Made by a program: the position numbers and the translations under genes. Below, piece by piece: positions 15,001 through 20,079 of a stretch of 64,000 bases of DNA; positions within the stretch are counted from its first letter, which is position 1, and each line of letters starts with the position of its first letter. The DNA lies in the NCBI GenBank assembly GCA_048885865.1, contig JBHLLF010000008.1:38926-102925 (forward strand), given 5' to 3'. Source of the stretch: Candidatus Hermodarchaeota archaeon. Lineage in GTDB: Archaea; Asgardarchaeota; Thorarchaeia; Thorarchaeales; Thorarchaeaceae. The notes below the pieces were generated by a model. It was not told the origin of the DNA, searched no databases, and was given only the letters and a program-made list of their open reading frames with translations.

Positions 15001-17750
15001 AACATAGGAAAGTCCGTAAGGTCTCCCGCGACTTTGCTGTGGTCAATTGTGATGTCCTTCTTGTAGAGGAAATTGACTCCCTCATCGCCAACTGAAATGA
15101 ATAGCTCAGGATTTCTCTGATTGATGTATTGTGTCCTTATCCAAGCATCAGACCTGGCAATGCTTGATATACGAACCTCGTCGACAATTCCATCAAAGTA
15201 AGATGTTGCACCAGCACTATCGGATCTTCGGCCTATTCTTACAGGCCGGTTAGGGTCATTCACTGATGCAGGGACTCCACTTGTCACCTCTCCAACAAGC
15301 TTACCATTCAGATAGAACCTCGTATATTCGGATGGGCTAAACACGCCTACAGCATGATACCACTGGCCAGTATCAACGCGTTCGTATCCAACAAGATCCG
15401 TAGCTACTCCATCAGGACTCCACCGAAACATGACCCATCCCGCAGGACTGATGCTAGGATCGTTATCAAAACTGATATCCCATCCTCGATAGTTGAATTC
15501 TCCTGATTTAACCACTAGATAGTCATTGTCAACATAATCAGCATAAAACCAAGCCTCCACCGTAAAAGCACCATTCAACTGTAGCTCAGTTGGATTGCCA
15601 AAATCTAGATAGTCATTCGACCCCTCAAGATCGATTGCCCCTCCAATGATTCCATCAACGAGGTCACTTGATGTCATGCTCCCATATGAGGTGCCACTAC
15701 TCTCGGGTGAAGTCACATCCAATATCTGTGGTTGATGAGGCATATAGTCAGCATAGGTTGAGTCCCACTGAGGTTGGGCTGGATTCTCACTCAGATGCCA
15801 CACTGCGGAATAGTCTGAGTCCCAAACATCTACAGTTATTTCTTGGCCTCCAAGGTCATCGTCTCCGTAGACCATCACTATTGTGGTATCCTGAGTAGAA
15901 GAAACATAAGGCACATTCACCCAAGCCGAGAGATGAGCATGTGTTCCATTTCCCAGCTTGTCGAAGACATCTATTTCGTGGGGGATTACCTGGCCATCAT
16001 ATAGAAACGCGATATCATCACCATCAGGCTGAACATCTAGATGCAGATCAGCATCCCAAATGTCTACCAGAACTGGAAAGTTCTGTAGGTCTGCGGCAAC
16101 CTTGCGATGATCGATGACTATGTTCTTGTTATATCTAAAGCTTGGAATGACGTCACTTGGGTCAGGCGCAGTAAAATCAACAAACAGTCTGGCAAGATCA
16201 GCCTGCGGATACCCAGCTGAGCCCTTTATGTTATTGTACTCATAATCCAGAGTGGAGTATGCGTAATCAATCATTATACAGATGTAGTTGCCACTCTGCC
16301 ACCCGGGTCTGGATACCACCTCTTGGATTAGAGCTGACAAGTCGGGCGTGCTATATCTTCCGTTGGTAAGCCACGTTGTGGGGCGCCAATAGACACTAGT
16401 GTTGACCCAATCATATCTGTCTTCCAAAAGAGGATATCCTGTTGTGAATGCAGATACATCATCCTCATCTGCAACATAGATTCGCATTCCAGGATGCCCA
16501 GTTGAGTCGAAGGCTGCTTCCACCTGCAGGACAGCAGATGCAATTGTGGATCCCTGTGGCACATGTAATGGAAACTGAAGTCCGACATTATAGGGATCTG
16601 CGGTAGTCCAGTCGCCCGGGGTGAGCAAATCACAACCCACGTCAATGTAGCCGCCATCATCGTATCCATTCAAATCCACGCCTCCTGCACCCCAATTTGA
16701 CGAGTCAGCGCTATAGCAGTCTCTGTTGCTCCCGTCGGGAACATACGGTGAAACACGTCCTTCAGTTGATCCCGTCACTCGGGCTCCATTTGCTAGTAGG
16801 TCAATCTCTTCTGGATAAGGTCGTACAAGAAGCCTCAACTCAAGCTCGTCAATGTACATTTCATGGGTCCCGCTGGCGGGAGGATTGCCACTCAAGTCTG
16901 TTCCAACACCAATGTCAAAGAGCAATGCATCCTTCGTTTCCAGTGACTGCAAATAGGAAGCGGGAACAGTGGCTTTGGCTTGCAGCCATGTGTCAGTGGG
17001 TGTGCCAACTTCATATACATGGTGTTTAGTAACATAGCCTTCCACCCTAGTAAAGACATGAACCATGTCATCCATACTAGAAAGACTGGAAACATAATAC
17101 CGGAAAGTGATTTCAGCAGAGTAGACTTCTCTCCAAGGCGCAGGGATCTGTTGACTGATGTAGATTCCCATGGTTGGGTCGAAGATAGCGCCAGTATTAT
17201 AGTTTGCATCAAACCTCCAACCCATGGAAGCATCATATCCTTCTCCAGACCTGCCGTTGAGCTCAAAATAGCCGTGTTGAGGATGTGGAGTCCCGCTAGG
17301 AGGTGCATCGTTCTTTACTATGGTCCAGCCATTCGGAACATAGAAGGGATCTCCGTTGTATTCTGGATAGCCATCAATGGGAATCCATAACTCTTCGTGA
17401 TTGGCGTCAAGATTTGGATTGACTAGAACATCTTCGACCCACATCGAGAGGTGCTCAAGATCTGCTTCCAGTTGCTCCGAGCTCCATCCCAAGGGTGGGT
17501 CGACACCAATAATCCAAGGATGGTCTGCGTCAATCACAGAGGTCCCGCTTGAAACAGTCATTCCTTGATAGTCGACAGGCCTGGGTGCACCTGTCCCTGA
17601 TGAAAGATCATGCCAATCGGAAGGTGCTGACTCAGAGTCACGATTCCCAGTAGCATCCAAATATGGAACGACATGGTCGAACTCTGGACCTCCGATTGTG
17701 GGGAGGAGAAAGATGATAAACAGCATCATCGCTGCGGCCGGCTTTCGCAT
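1..17750 (-). CDS. Giant-1: giant cell-surface (glyco)protein, >=5916 aa, 3' end beyond the window; signal peptide, DNRLRE-like domain, 8+1 DUF2341-LamG cassettes, Ig-like stalk
   Basis: Manual translation from ATG 17750 gives MRKPAAAMMLFIIFLLPTIGG...HLSMWVEDVLVNPNLD...VPNGWT...HPQHGYFEL, which aligns with giant-2 (DLSMWVDNALINPKLD...VPDGWT...HPLQGTFEL). The same frame at the left edge reads EFLNGSSIGG, matching VNGSSIGGPGYFY in giant-3. The track has no terminated minus-strand ORF in this frame, consistent with no internal stop. GGGAG lies just upstream of the ATG. Confidence 0.93.
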   Translation of the reverse strand, partial: MRKPAAAMMLFIIFLLPTIGGPEFDHVVPYLDATGNRDSESAPSDWHDLSSGTGAPRPVDYQGMTVSSGTSVIDADHPWIIGVDPPLGWSSEQLEADLEHLSMWVEDVLVNPNLDANHEELWIPIDGYPEYNGDPFYVPNGWTIVKNDAPPSGTPHPQHGYFELNGRSGEGYDASMGWRFDANYNTGAIFDPTMGIYISQQIPAPWREVYSAEITFRYYVSSLSSMDDMVHVFTRVEGYVTKHHVYEVGTPTDTWLQAKATVPASYLQSLETKDALLFDIGVGTDLSGNPPASGTHEMYIDELELRLLVRPYPEEIDLLANGARVTGSTEGRVSPYVPDGSNRDCYSADSSNWGAGGVDLNGYDDGGYIDVGCDLLTPGDWTTADPYNVGLQFPLHVPQGSTIASAVLQVEAAFDSTGHPGMRIYVADEDDVSAFTTGYPLLEDRYDWVNTSVYWRPTTWLTNGRYSTPDLSALIQEVVSRPGWQSGNYICIMIDYAYSTLDYEYNNIKGSAGYPQADLARLFVDFTAPDPSDVIPSFRYNKNIVIDHRKVAADLQNFPVLVDIWDADLHLDVQPDGDDIAFLYDGQVIPHEIDVFDKLGNGTHAHLSAWVNVPYVSSTQDTTIVMVYGDDDLGGQEITVDVWDSDYSAVWHLSENPAQPQWDSTYADYMPHQPQILDVTSPESSGTSYGSMTSSDLVDGIIGGAIDLEGSNDYLDFGNPTELQLNGAFTVEAWFYADYVDNDYLVVKSGEFNYRGWDISFDNDPSISPAGWVMFRWSPDGVATDLVGYERVDTGQWYHAVGVFSPSEYTRFYLNGKLVGEVTSGVPASVNDPNRPVRIGRRSDSAGATSYFDGIVDEVRISSIARSDAWIRTQYINQRNPELFISVGDEGVNFLYKKDITIDHSKVAGDLTDFPMLIDIYDTDLRTDVQADGDDIIFTSSSGYLPHEIELFNQQHNSTHAHLIAWVKTDLSSTSDTIISMHYGNPSIGNQENPAEVWRADYAGVWHLGESNGDAIDSTQFGLSGSVSASVIYSQTGIAGNCYEFNGVNGNVNFGNPSDSHLDFGLNTFSYSLWVRVDQSTGNYQLPLFKGGTMTTDAGYEFETNTAGSDLKAEVADGTVQVISDSTSVTFGQWIYIVAVVDVPGGFLRFYANGASVGSPQSISSLGDVSSSQSLQLSPFSYPVEGLIDEVRVISEARSSEWILTEYSNQYDPSGFYAVGVEGFSQPIEGQYKKDIVVDHNKVNADLMDFPLLVNIYDMDLKTDAQPDGDDIIFKMGTKLLSHEIELFDQNYNTTHAHLVAWVKTDLSSTIDTTIVMYYGNPAATNQQDPDGVWTSNFRGVWHLKEIGDGTSGEYKDSSAYGNHGRGGGGTAGYVPNLIAGRIAGGQQFDGADDFIEMQNSVSLDITTDKITVGGWIYSADISPSGGIAIKSDDSGSGYYGLTFETSAIWVYTDVPGNPPDWNWNTGYNIGTAGWHYVVYTYDGVNRRLYIDGYEQDYSAMSGNIDTNTEPLIIGRQEWTGTTDGIIDEVRVAEIARTPGWILTEFENQNDPAGFYSIGAEQYIQQIELTYKKDIVIDHTKVDADLTEFPVLINIYDTDLKTDVQADGDDIVFAKDGFIIPHEIEVFEQSYNTSHAHLVAWVKTNLLSSTDTVITMYYGNPTAVNQENAAGVWDSNYAGVWHLKEDPTGAIHDSTSNSNHGTGYNLQSDDQVDGQIDGSIDFDNNQDHIDCGSDSSLNVGSNDFSLSLWFKYDGVDMGVLAGKGAVLNAKRYRLSIESGPGMLMAQIDDNTVAKSVTSTSTYGDNLWHHVSLVRDGNYLRLYIDGVEDPNSPTDITGYGSLDESESFYIGAFRSEVGGTIGYWSTANTDEVRVANMAYSPEWIATEFNNQYDPASFYSVGSETFTQPVEFAYEKDIVVDHTKVSADLTDFPLLIDVFDADLRTDVQSDGDDIIFKIGTTPLVHEIEIFDQEYNSTHAHLVAWVKTDLSSTIDTTITMHYGNPEASKQENPSAVWSNGYVGVWHLGEASGSVQDSTPYGQDGTPFGGVTLGVLGRIGSASDFDGIDGYINMEDPADGHLDFGLNSFTISIWLKIDASTGSWQAPLNKGHPSGLKSGYRFETNTLGQNIYFQIGDGTSYESTGSYSVTFGEWMHLVACVDTSSNTMHLFKDGSYSGDVDISGIGSVSSTDNFTISRGLSSPNPVDGLIDEVRVSNTARSDGWVITEYNNQLNPSSFYSVGAEIITQPVEFAFRKDIVVDHTQIDADLSDFPMLIDIYDTDLKTDVQADGDDIIFKMNDALVPHEIELFDQDYNLTHAHLVAWVKTDLSSTVDSAVTMYYGSPQASNQENPNSVWNDNYMGVWHLGETSGGSGAFKDSTSNNNHGTDAGAPTLGINGPIGNAILFDGVDDSINCGNGPSLNIAGDVVTLEAWAYLNEDIGPGWGSGIVVKYGSYEIFQDWDATRRITFSVTTTGTGQTWIARTNNDINRWYHVVGVYDGTTTFIYVDGTEIASIPNSGTLAVSGSPLNIGLEDQYYDGRIDEVRVSNIDRSAEWILAEFRNQNDPTSFYTVGYELTPQPKGFNYRKNITIDNTKVSSDLVGFPLLIDIYDTDLKIETQVDGDDIIFKTGDVSLSHEIELFDRDYNSTHAHLVAWVKTDLSSSSDTIVTMYYGNPEATNQEDSDGVWDSSYMGVWHLSETSGNAQDSTPYQTHGTPSGLLTQGVSGRIGNAYYFDRDGLGTVNMGDPADGHLDFGNTDDFTIEFWVDLDYFYYYEPFLVSKRNGLASSSPGYAAFVSDDNNGYPGYSISSDGPQFGVDASSPVLNTGWRHVVYVFDQDSDTISTIYVDGIDDKSSIWGTIGSVGSLQNSANFRLNGESSPTTDDMFDGMLDEVRISKIARSSDWILTEFNNQNDPSSFYSISAAEFLGVAPEYNYMKNITIDHTKVGSDLTDFPLLIDIFDSDLRSDVQPDGDDIIFKIGTSSLPHEIELFDQTYNSTHAHLVAWVKIDLSSSVDTTITMYYGNPSINNQERPSEVWNSNYVAVWHFNQDPSSTSILDSTANGYHLTALGFDSDSRVYDGRLGTAISVDGINDRFAVSSISGPLLDTTFQSWFKFDNTFPPGSEMHFFRGNSLTNDYPLMRFASSGIVVTHIEVTSDNDDSCTGTKNSWAADSWFQFSFVRSTAAVMAYHYINGSLDASDNSADNANPHLPWDQLAILSDFSAGNMWGPGAISEFRILGAVLSPEWIATEYANQNDPASFYSVGAEEQIAIPEEPSEPSLLDASGYKFSTSSDVAITIGLSSSLGTHTSGFSYTDDYIPGTSFSIVNGSLAVWTANVLVSPPPEIESISFELSYPEGEWYPFSVMSPSGVEKSFATDWTCFDGKLIVASTAIDEYGMWRIRFQDRNHVFDTQMGLSGGPYTPSGTFLIGEEIQFRIWSSGTMSSGISLDLTDPYGSTWYSGAATFQGQKFALPYSHRKYLTISHENVATDLVNFPVLVDIYDADLRTDVRADGRDIAFAIGEETLAHEIELFDQTFNSTHAHLAAWVKVPLLSGSSDTAISMYYGNPIAPIVYDSGPVWDSGYLGVWHLAESGTGALDEYTDSSQYKHHGQGGEGQATYVPTQVSGKIGFGQDFNNLDGNYDLIDCGDSPLWNIDGYQLTLEAWVQHDITPNTHIYGIMNHKGWYNGYSLFINEGGVSTLKPVFNVQGETHQLVGANDVMGGSWHHIVATYDGSLMRIYVDGVQDPNVLQKTDAILPSTAEQGFWIGHGDQPKDVVWSAEYEGQIDEVRISDVARPAGWIETQFKNQNDPSSFFSISIEQSPGYSESAAITLDSSAQAGVWQATARYYDDGANVDQSVGIFSRNFIVKRGASMSLTAPGDAVSDGISAKLIGEGLYVEFELSDTLTSLPISGATMTMNWTVSGAPTQIQLNDYGDGSYGRVLNTTDLGTAQRWRIELTSSHQFYGDAFNVFFLDLSHQTYLTYEPPSAAPYGDDFTVKITLRDSFNSQPLANAGFASNGTIIGAPVDYGNGTYLLTIDSSALSTGTHAFRFTATPSDSYLLSSSIDVQFDYRQVSTDAYALSSDPVEVPWGEQATVTIHWYDIDHSGIGIDGGTASINPPVALQTADIGGGDYALTIDTSSYLPGTYVFDVTLSEANYEDATASVTVIVKVHSTSVSADYSPSTPVGTSTHFDISFLDVDGGSVGIGVGNLSQVTLDWGSGPQAFFPYGFWLDTSAWSVGVYTINITVYATTAPRYYSDATISVDLEIRKLEVYVSWEHLEPFPNGDDFVMFAHLNISEPGSSIDGDPINGLTQAYFTAKNETGWQYTFESFAFLGEGRYQLIIDQSNFLEGEYTIVVYVDFLPAENYIDSQTPVITFTYRPILTYLSSDDYPTVTTTYDTNVTITLNYVDIDNNVNITTGSITAEGASITWQHLGNGVYEVLVIVQGWNLGTHEVNITADALSYKAKTLTFEVIVQIAYAYARSSDSSIDLPLGDTAVLYVDYWDIIHDEPILGASIDHNWTHALTVIWTGSQYRVELPSLQTDSLGSYFILFNVSKGSNYQFGYFNLSLTLRTHYTEVRLGSAVEPTTYVGMVNVSLYYGDLDNDVGVASQYVNVSVYGVAGWIDSTLENDTASGNGYYIIRFPALVLGESGLYNFTVYVNWTGPTQQFYNGMIRTSVNIIGEESELSLEDSPGPTPYLENMSYTYFYGELYSGVGISNATGDVFIFIEFVGESIDTSLVSILEGMPGHYTLEFNTTIFAKPGVFTMVVQVNWSASASPFYDNRTDTISVRVIPRNTVVSVTPPDSTSYGINATFSFSYDDVSNVIPVTIPNDARMTVVVNLPDYSISYNSTTREFHVSFNTSVLGASLGSKQFTISITWTGSPFYANITARTIFITVASRETSFDFATPSPTSYGEMATFTVTYLDVAGAIPSPIDDGTITLYNDSQPIPVSFYSYIPLGSGKYTIELNTSYFSRPDSYSLEIQITTTQFYYPDVTGSRTLNVRYRITTLAAESAGIVSYNSSIPLVLHYSDLFSLSPISNISLLTSIEILNGSSWIFTSNWRGVSQDYLVTVQTFNQILDVDTDYVLWIRFTYADASPFYLAAETFVSFRLRERTTYLDVTESPLPTPYLDFVNFTVAYRDLESSTAIGGANIVLSIDAINLMEGTEYILQTSGDGIYQISINATAIGIPGTTKSLVVSAEWPSGAPYYTDTTISLTVSVVVRPASVRIISSPTQVRFLDNITFTFSYNDDSTDDFITLTKNMVSIYSGGSLLQSSDFAMSFAGNGYRIGINSAILSPYLVTNWNVTVFVDWSSTDPPYYSDDAASVGVTVTNRVGSISLGNAPTIPIGDNMTLTFSYQDQDNGLGIGDAIIVFDCLNPSGLVENTDFWIVRGFGPEFGEYTIIVDTNKLGGVGLYTFSLLLQWNQSIAPYYRNASEIFLIGSVRLIQSQLYYYEPSPTTVPIRDNVSVVLTFTDTDHLLAIAGAESDISVTYKSDGSVPSIWCITVIAPGIYELTVNCTDAGSTGTNALVIQINLSNYQFAEVQVPIQIRARQGELTKIESPDAYFGEQTYAIVELVDIDASSAPIHDAMLNLIWPETSSYVYIGSGMYNITLDTTTLGADLYTLVVSAQKADYFIPEISISIKVLNIPTGIILPQTVPDVHWGESVSIWALFNDTRSGTLIPGAAVNYQFGILSGSLTEGTPGNYSFTVDTGNLPLATTYLVSITARLDNYDTVSGQVTVNILRLNLELTIVDGLNSQVLYKGEPINITVFVRDAYNDVPLTGASVSAKWIFDMNGVSLAPVPGMNGYYTGLIATVAASTKTYSIVVSAEKTNYLTMTSSAEVNIKQILTKVNLDPLTETYSSQVFDWTDTIRIGVFVLAPTLNDTGLSNCTVTWSLSGTFLTGEFLNGSSIGG
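6310..7345 (-). repeat. Ninth (fixed, post-spacer) DUF2341+LamG cassette of giant-1
   Basis: LPYSHRKYLTISHENVATDLVNFPVL...NHKGWYNGY...IGHGD...GQIDEVRIS; matches the last cassette of giant-2 (NHKGWYNGY...IGHGD...GQIDEVRVS). Confidence 0.85.
7975..16140 (-). repeat. Eight tandem ~1.02-kb (~340 aa) DUF2341+LamG cassettes in giant-1
   Basis: Unit starts (K-[DN]-I-x-[IV]-D-x-x-[KQ]-[VI]-x-x-D-L-x-x-F-P) at about 16140, 15075, 14062, 13045, 12023, 11010, 10017 and 8967. Units carry DGDDI.F, HEI..F, HAHL.AWV, YG[NSD], VWH and mostly a LamG-type DE.R[VI] motif. Confidence 0.88.
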
Positions 17751-17799
17751 GTTTACAACTCCCACTAAGCAATGCAGGGATGGGACCAACAGAACTGAC

Positions 17800-17870
17800 C
17801 GAATAAATTAAGATAAGATATTCTTGTACATTGATTTGAGTTAATATATACGAATATAATATATTAGGTG
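17800..17870 (-). promoter_or_regulatory. AT-rich putative archaeal promoter region for giant-1
   Basis: Very AT-rich intergenic tract with TATA-like runs (TATATTATA, TATATATTAA on the minus strand) 50-120 nt upstream of the ATG. Exact TATA/BRE not assignable. Confidence 0.4.
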
Positions 17871-17897
17871 TTTGTTTGGTTTGATTTGGCTCGTCGT

Positions 17898-18521
17898 CTA
17901 GAGGTATTCGATTCTCCCCATGTCAGTCAAGGCGTTAAGTGCTGGGGGGTTGAGAATCTCTATATTTGGCTCCCTCCAAGATACGAGTTTTGTTTTCTCT
18001 GGAACGGAAAGCTTGTGCAATGACGCACATGAAAAAAGAGCACTTAGGTCAAGTCGCATGATGTCATTTCCAAGTAGGTTCAGCTCCTCAAGTCTTGGAC
18101 ACTTAGAAAGCGGGGTGAGATCTAATGCTTTCATTTGATTATCCTGTAGATACAGAGTTGTGAGGTTCTGACATTGAGCCAGTGGTTCCAAGTCCAATCT
18201 GAACAGTGCATTGTTGCTGAGGTCCAAATGCTTCATATCGCAATACTTCAGTGAATCAATGTCAATCACTCGTAAATGATTTGAATTGAGTCTAAGGCTG
18301 TGCAGAGATTTGCAGAATGCCAACGCCACCAAATCCAGGGTCATTAGGCTATTATTGGCTAGATTCAATTCCTCCAAACCGGTCATATTGTCCAAGGGGC
18401 CAAGGTCGATTGCCATAATTGACTCGTTTGAGAAGTCCAAGGATAAACTGTCCGGCACCACTGGTATCTTCCTCGATGTTCCATCTGCCAATGTCACCTT
18501 AAAGTGTATCAAGACCTTCAC
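17898..18521 (-). CDS. Cytosolic leucine-rich repeat protein (about six 24-aa LRRs)
   Basis: Repeats of LxxLxLxxNxLxxLDLxPLxxCxx, e.g. LTTLYLQDNQMKALDLTPLSKCPR; no signal peptide or TM segment. Confidence 0.92.
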   Translation of the reverse strand: MKVLIHFKVTLADGTSRKIPVVPDSLSLDFSNESIMAIDLGPLDNMTGLEELNLANNSLMTLDLVALAFCKSLHSLRLNSNHLRVIDIDSLKYCDMKHLDLSNNALFRLDLEPLAQCQNLTTLYLQDNQMKALDLTPLSKCPRLEELNLLGNDIMRLDLSALFSCASLHKLSVPEKTKLVSWREPNIEILNPPALNALTDMGRIEYL

Positions 18522-18639
18522 TCACTCTACGATTCATCCAATCTTAATCCTGGGTGAATAATCGCCTATTCATTTCAATATATGGCGCTTCTCCAGATTG
18601 AGTTTGGCTAGTCAGAATTTCCCATTTTGGCACATATAG

Positions 18640-18705
18640 AGATAAGCGAAGAATTAATATGATATAATAGCATAAAATTTAATGTATTATTATATGACAT
18701 AAGGT
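18640..18705. promoter_or_regulatory. AT-rich divergent promoter region between the LRR and pseudoGTPase genes
   Basis: gaattaatatgatataatagcataaaatttaatgtattattatatg between head-to-head genes. Confidence 0.4.
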
Positions 18706-18710
18706 ATTGT

Positions 18711-20030
18711 GTGGAGTGTGACGTCATCATGAAGGTCCCTGGAACTACCATGGACATAAGTCTCAAGACCAACAAAATATTCGCTGTTGATCAAGGAGTC
18801 ATGAAGCGAATCAAATACGCTGGACGGACCTTCATGGAAGTACTCGAAGAGCTTCAAAGATTCGCATATCTAAGGGGATACAACGCTCCAACTACTATAT
18901 TGAAATTCATTCTCAAGCGAATCGGCCTTCCTGATGTTGAGGTGTTCCCGTCTGAAGATGAACTGACGAAAGATGATATCACTGAACTCTCGAAAGCACT
19001 CAATATTGTTGACAGCCTCAAGGATGAATTCCTATCTGCGACGCCAGAGCCCATAGTGCCTGAGGATCTAAAGAATTACACTGTCATAAAACCGAAGCAA
19101 TCAGACGACTTCACCCTAGAGGGCATAGCTCCTGATGACACTATGCCTATAGATGTGACTCCTGATGCTCCCATTGAAGCAGAGGCTGCTGCAGAAACTC
19201 CCGCGTTTGATAGATCCTCTATCTGGGATGATGTGCCTCAGAGTGAGGAAGCTGTGAAGCTAATCTACAATTTCCACTGGGAGAACCTTCCAGTAAATAC
19301 CCCCACACCCAGAACCAAATCCTCTGAAGAACAAGAAACCAAGAAACCGAAGTTCATCTGGGATGATGAGGGTGAGTTGGAATCTTTCGAGGATGTCAGA
19401 CCAACTGAGGAGCCAGCTCCCGAACTCCTCGGAGACTCCCATGAACTAAAATCTCTGTTCCTTGGAGAAGCACAAGTAGGTGTGAAAAGCATACTCTTTG
19501 AATGCAACCTCAAAGAAGCAGAAGATCTATCCTATGTCTATCGGGATGTTGTTCAACACGATGAAAACCTTGTCGGGGTAAATGTCTGGACCTTTGAAGG
19601 CTCGCAGGCAGCAAGAATCCCGCGCCAGGAGTTCTTTACTGGTACGGGAATTGCAGTCCTTGTGTATTCAGTAGCTGACAGATGGAGCTTCGATAGTCTT
19701 GATTTCTGGATTAAAGAACTAACCAGTGTCTTCTTGGTTCCACCTCCAATGATTATCGTAGGCAACAAGACAGACCTTAGAGACCATCCCGTATACGGTG
19801 AGGACGATGAGTTTGAACCTCCAGTTACTACAGCAGAAGGCGAAGAGTTCTGCAAGAAAATGGCAAATGAACTAGGTGAAAACGGCGAAGCTCATCCAAT
19901 AGTGTTCATGGAAACTTCCAGCATTACAGGTGCAGGTATCTCCGACCTACTAAGCACGATGATTGATCTTTGGCTGACAAGTGAGAGGCCAAGCATGCCA
20001 GCTGTGGAATCGCATGTCATTAAGCGTTGA
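18711..20030 (+). CDS. Unknown N-terminal domain + acidic linker + degenerate Rab/Ras-like GTPase domain (probable pseudoGTPase); likely start ATG 18729
   Basis: C-terminal ~190 aa: LKSLFLGEAQVGVKSIL (G1-like), VNVWTFEG (G3-like), VLVYSVADRWSFDSL..WIKEL, IIVGNKTD (G4), FMETSS.TG.GI (G5). Confidence 0.88.
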   Translation: MECDVIMKVPGTTMDISLKTNKIFAVDQGVMKRIKYAGRTFMEVLEELQRFAYLRGYNAPTTILKFILKRIGLPDVEVFPSEDELTKDDITELSKALNIVDSLKDEFLSATPEPIVPEDLKNYTVIKPKQSDDFTLEGIAPDDTMPIDVTPDAPIEAEAAAETPAFDRSSIWDDVPQSEEAVKLIYNFHWENLPVNTPTPRTKSSEEQETKKPKFIWDDEGELESFEDVRPTEEPAPELLGDSHELKSLFLGEAQVGVKSILFECNLKEAEDLSYVYRDVVQHDENLVGVNVWTFEGSQAARIPRQEFFTGTGIAVLVYSVADRWSFDSLDFWIKELTSVFLVPPPMIIVGNKTDLRDHPVYGEDDEFEPPVTTAEGEEFCKKMANELGENGEAHPIVFMETSSITGAGISDLLSTMIDLWLTSERPSMPAVESHVIKR

Positions 20031-20079
20031 TTCTGTACACTTTGAATCATGCTAGTTCTCCACGGACTTATTTGAAAGG

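Noticed and set aside
7975-16140. Periodic repeats as a CRISPR array or mobile element
   Set aside because: The period is about 1 kb, in frame and protein-coding; no short identical repeats with spacers, transposase or terminal repeats.
987-17390. Many 60-140 aa ORFs in the track across 1-17.4 kb
   Set aside because: All are antisense or out-of-frame shadows of giant-1, with no protein-like motifs.
17842-17866. Inverted repeat TAATATAT-N9-ATATATTA upstream of giant-1
   Set aside because: Pure A/T low complexity within an AT-rich tract, and no clear copy upstream of giant-2; could be chance.
18711-20030. Calling the G-domain gene an active Rab, a Roco protein or a pseudogene
   Set aside because: Catalytic motifs are altered, there is no COR domain or C-terminal Cys prenylation motif, and the ORF is uninterrupted.
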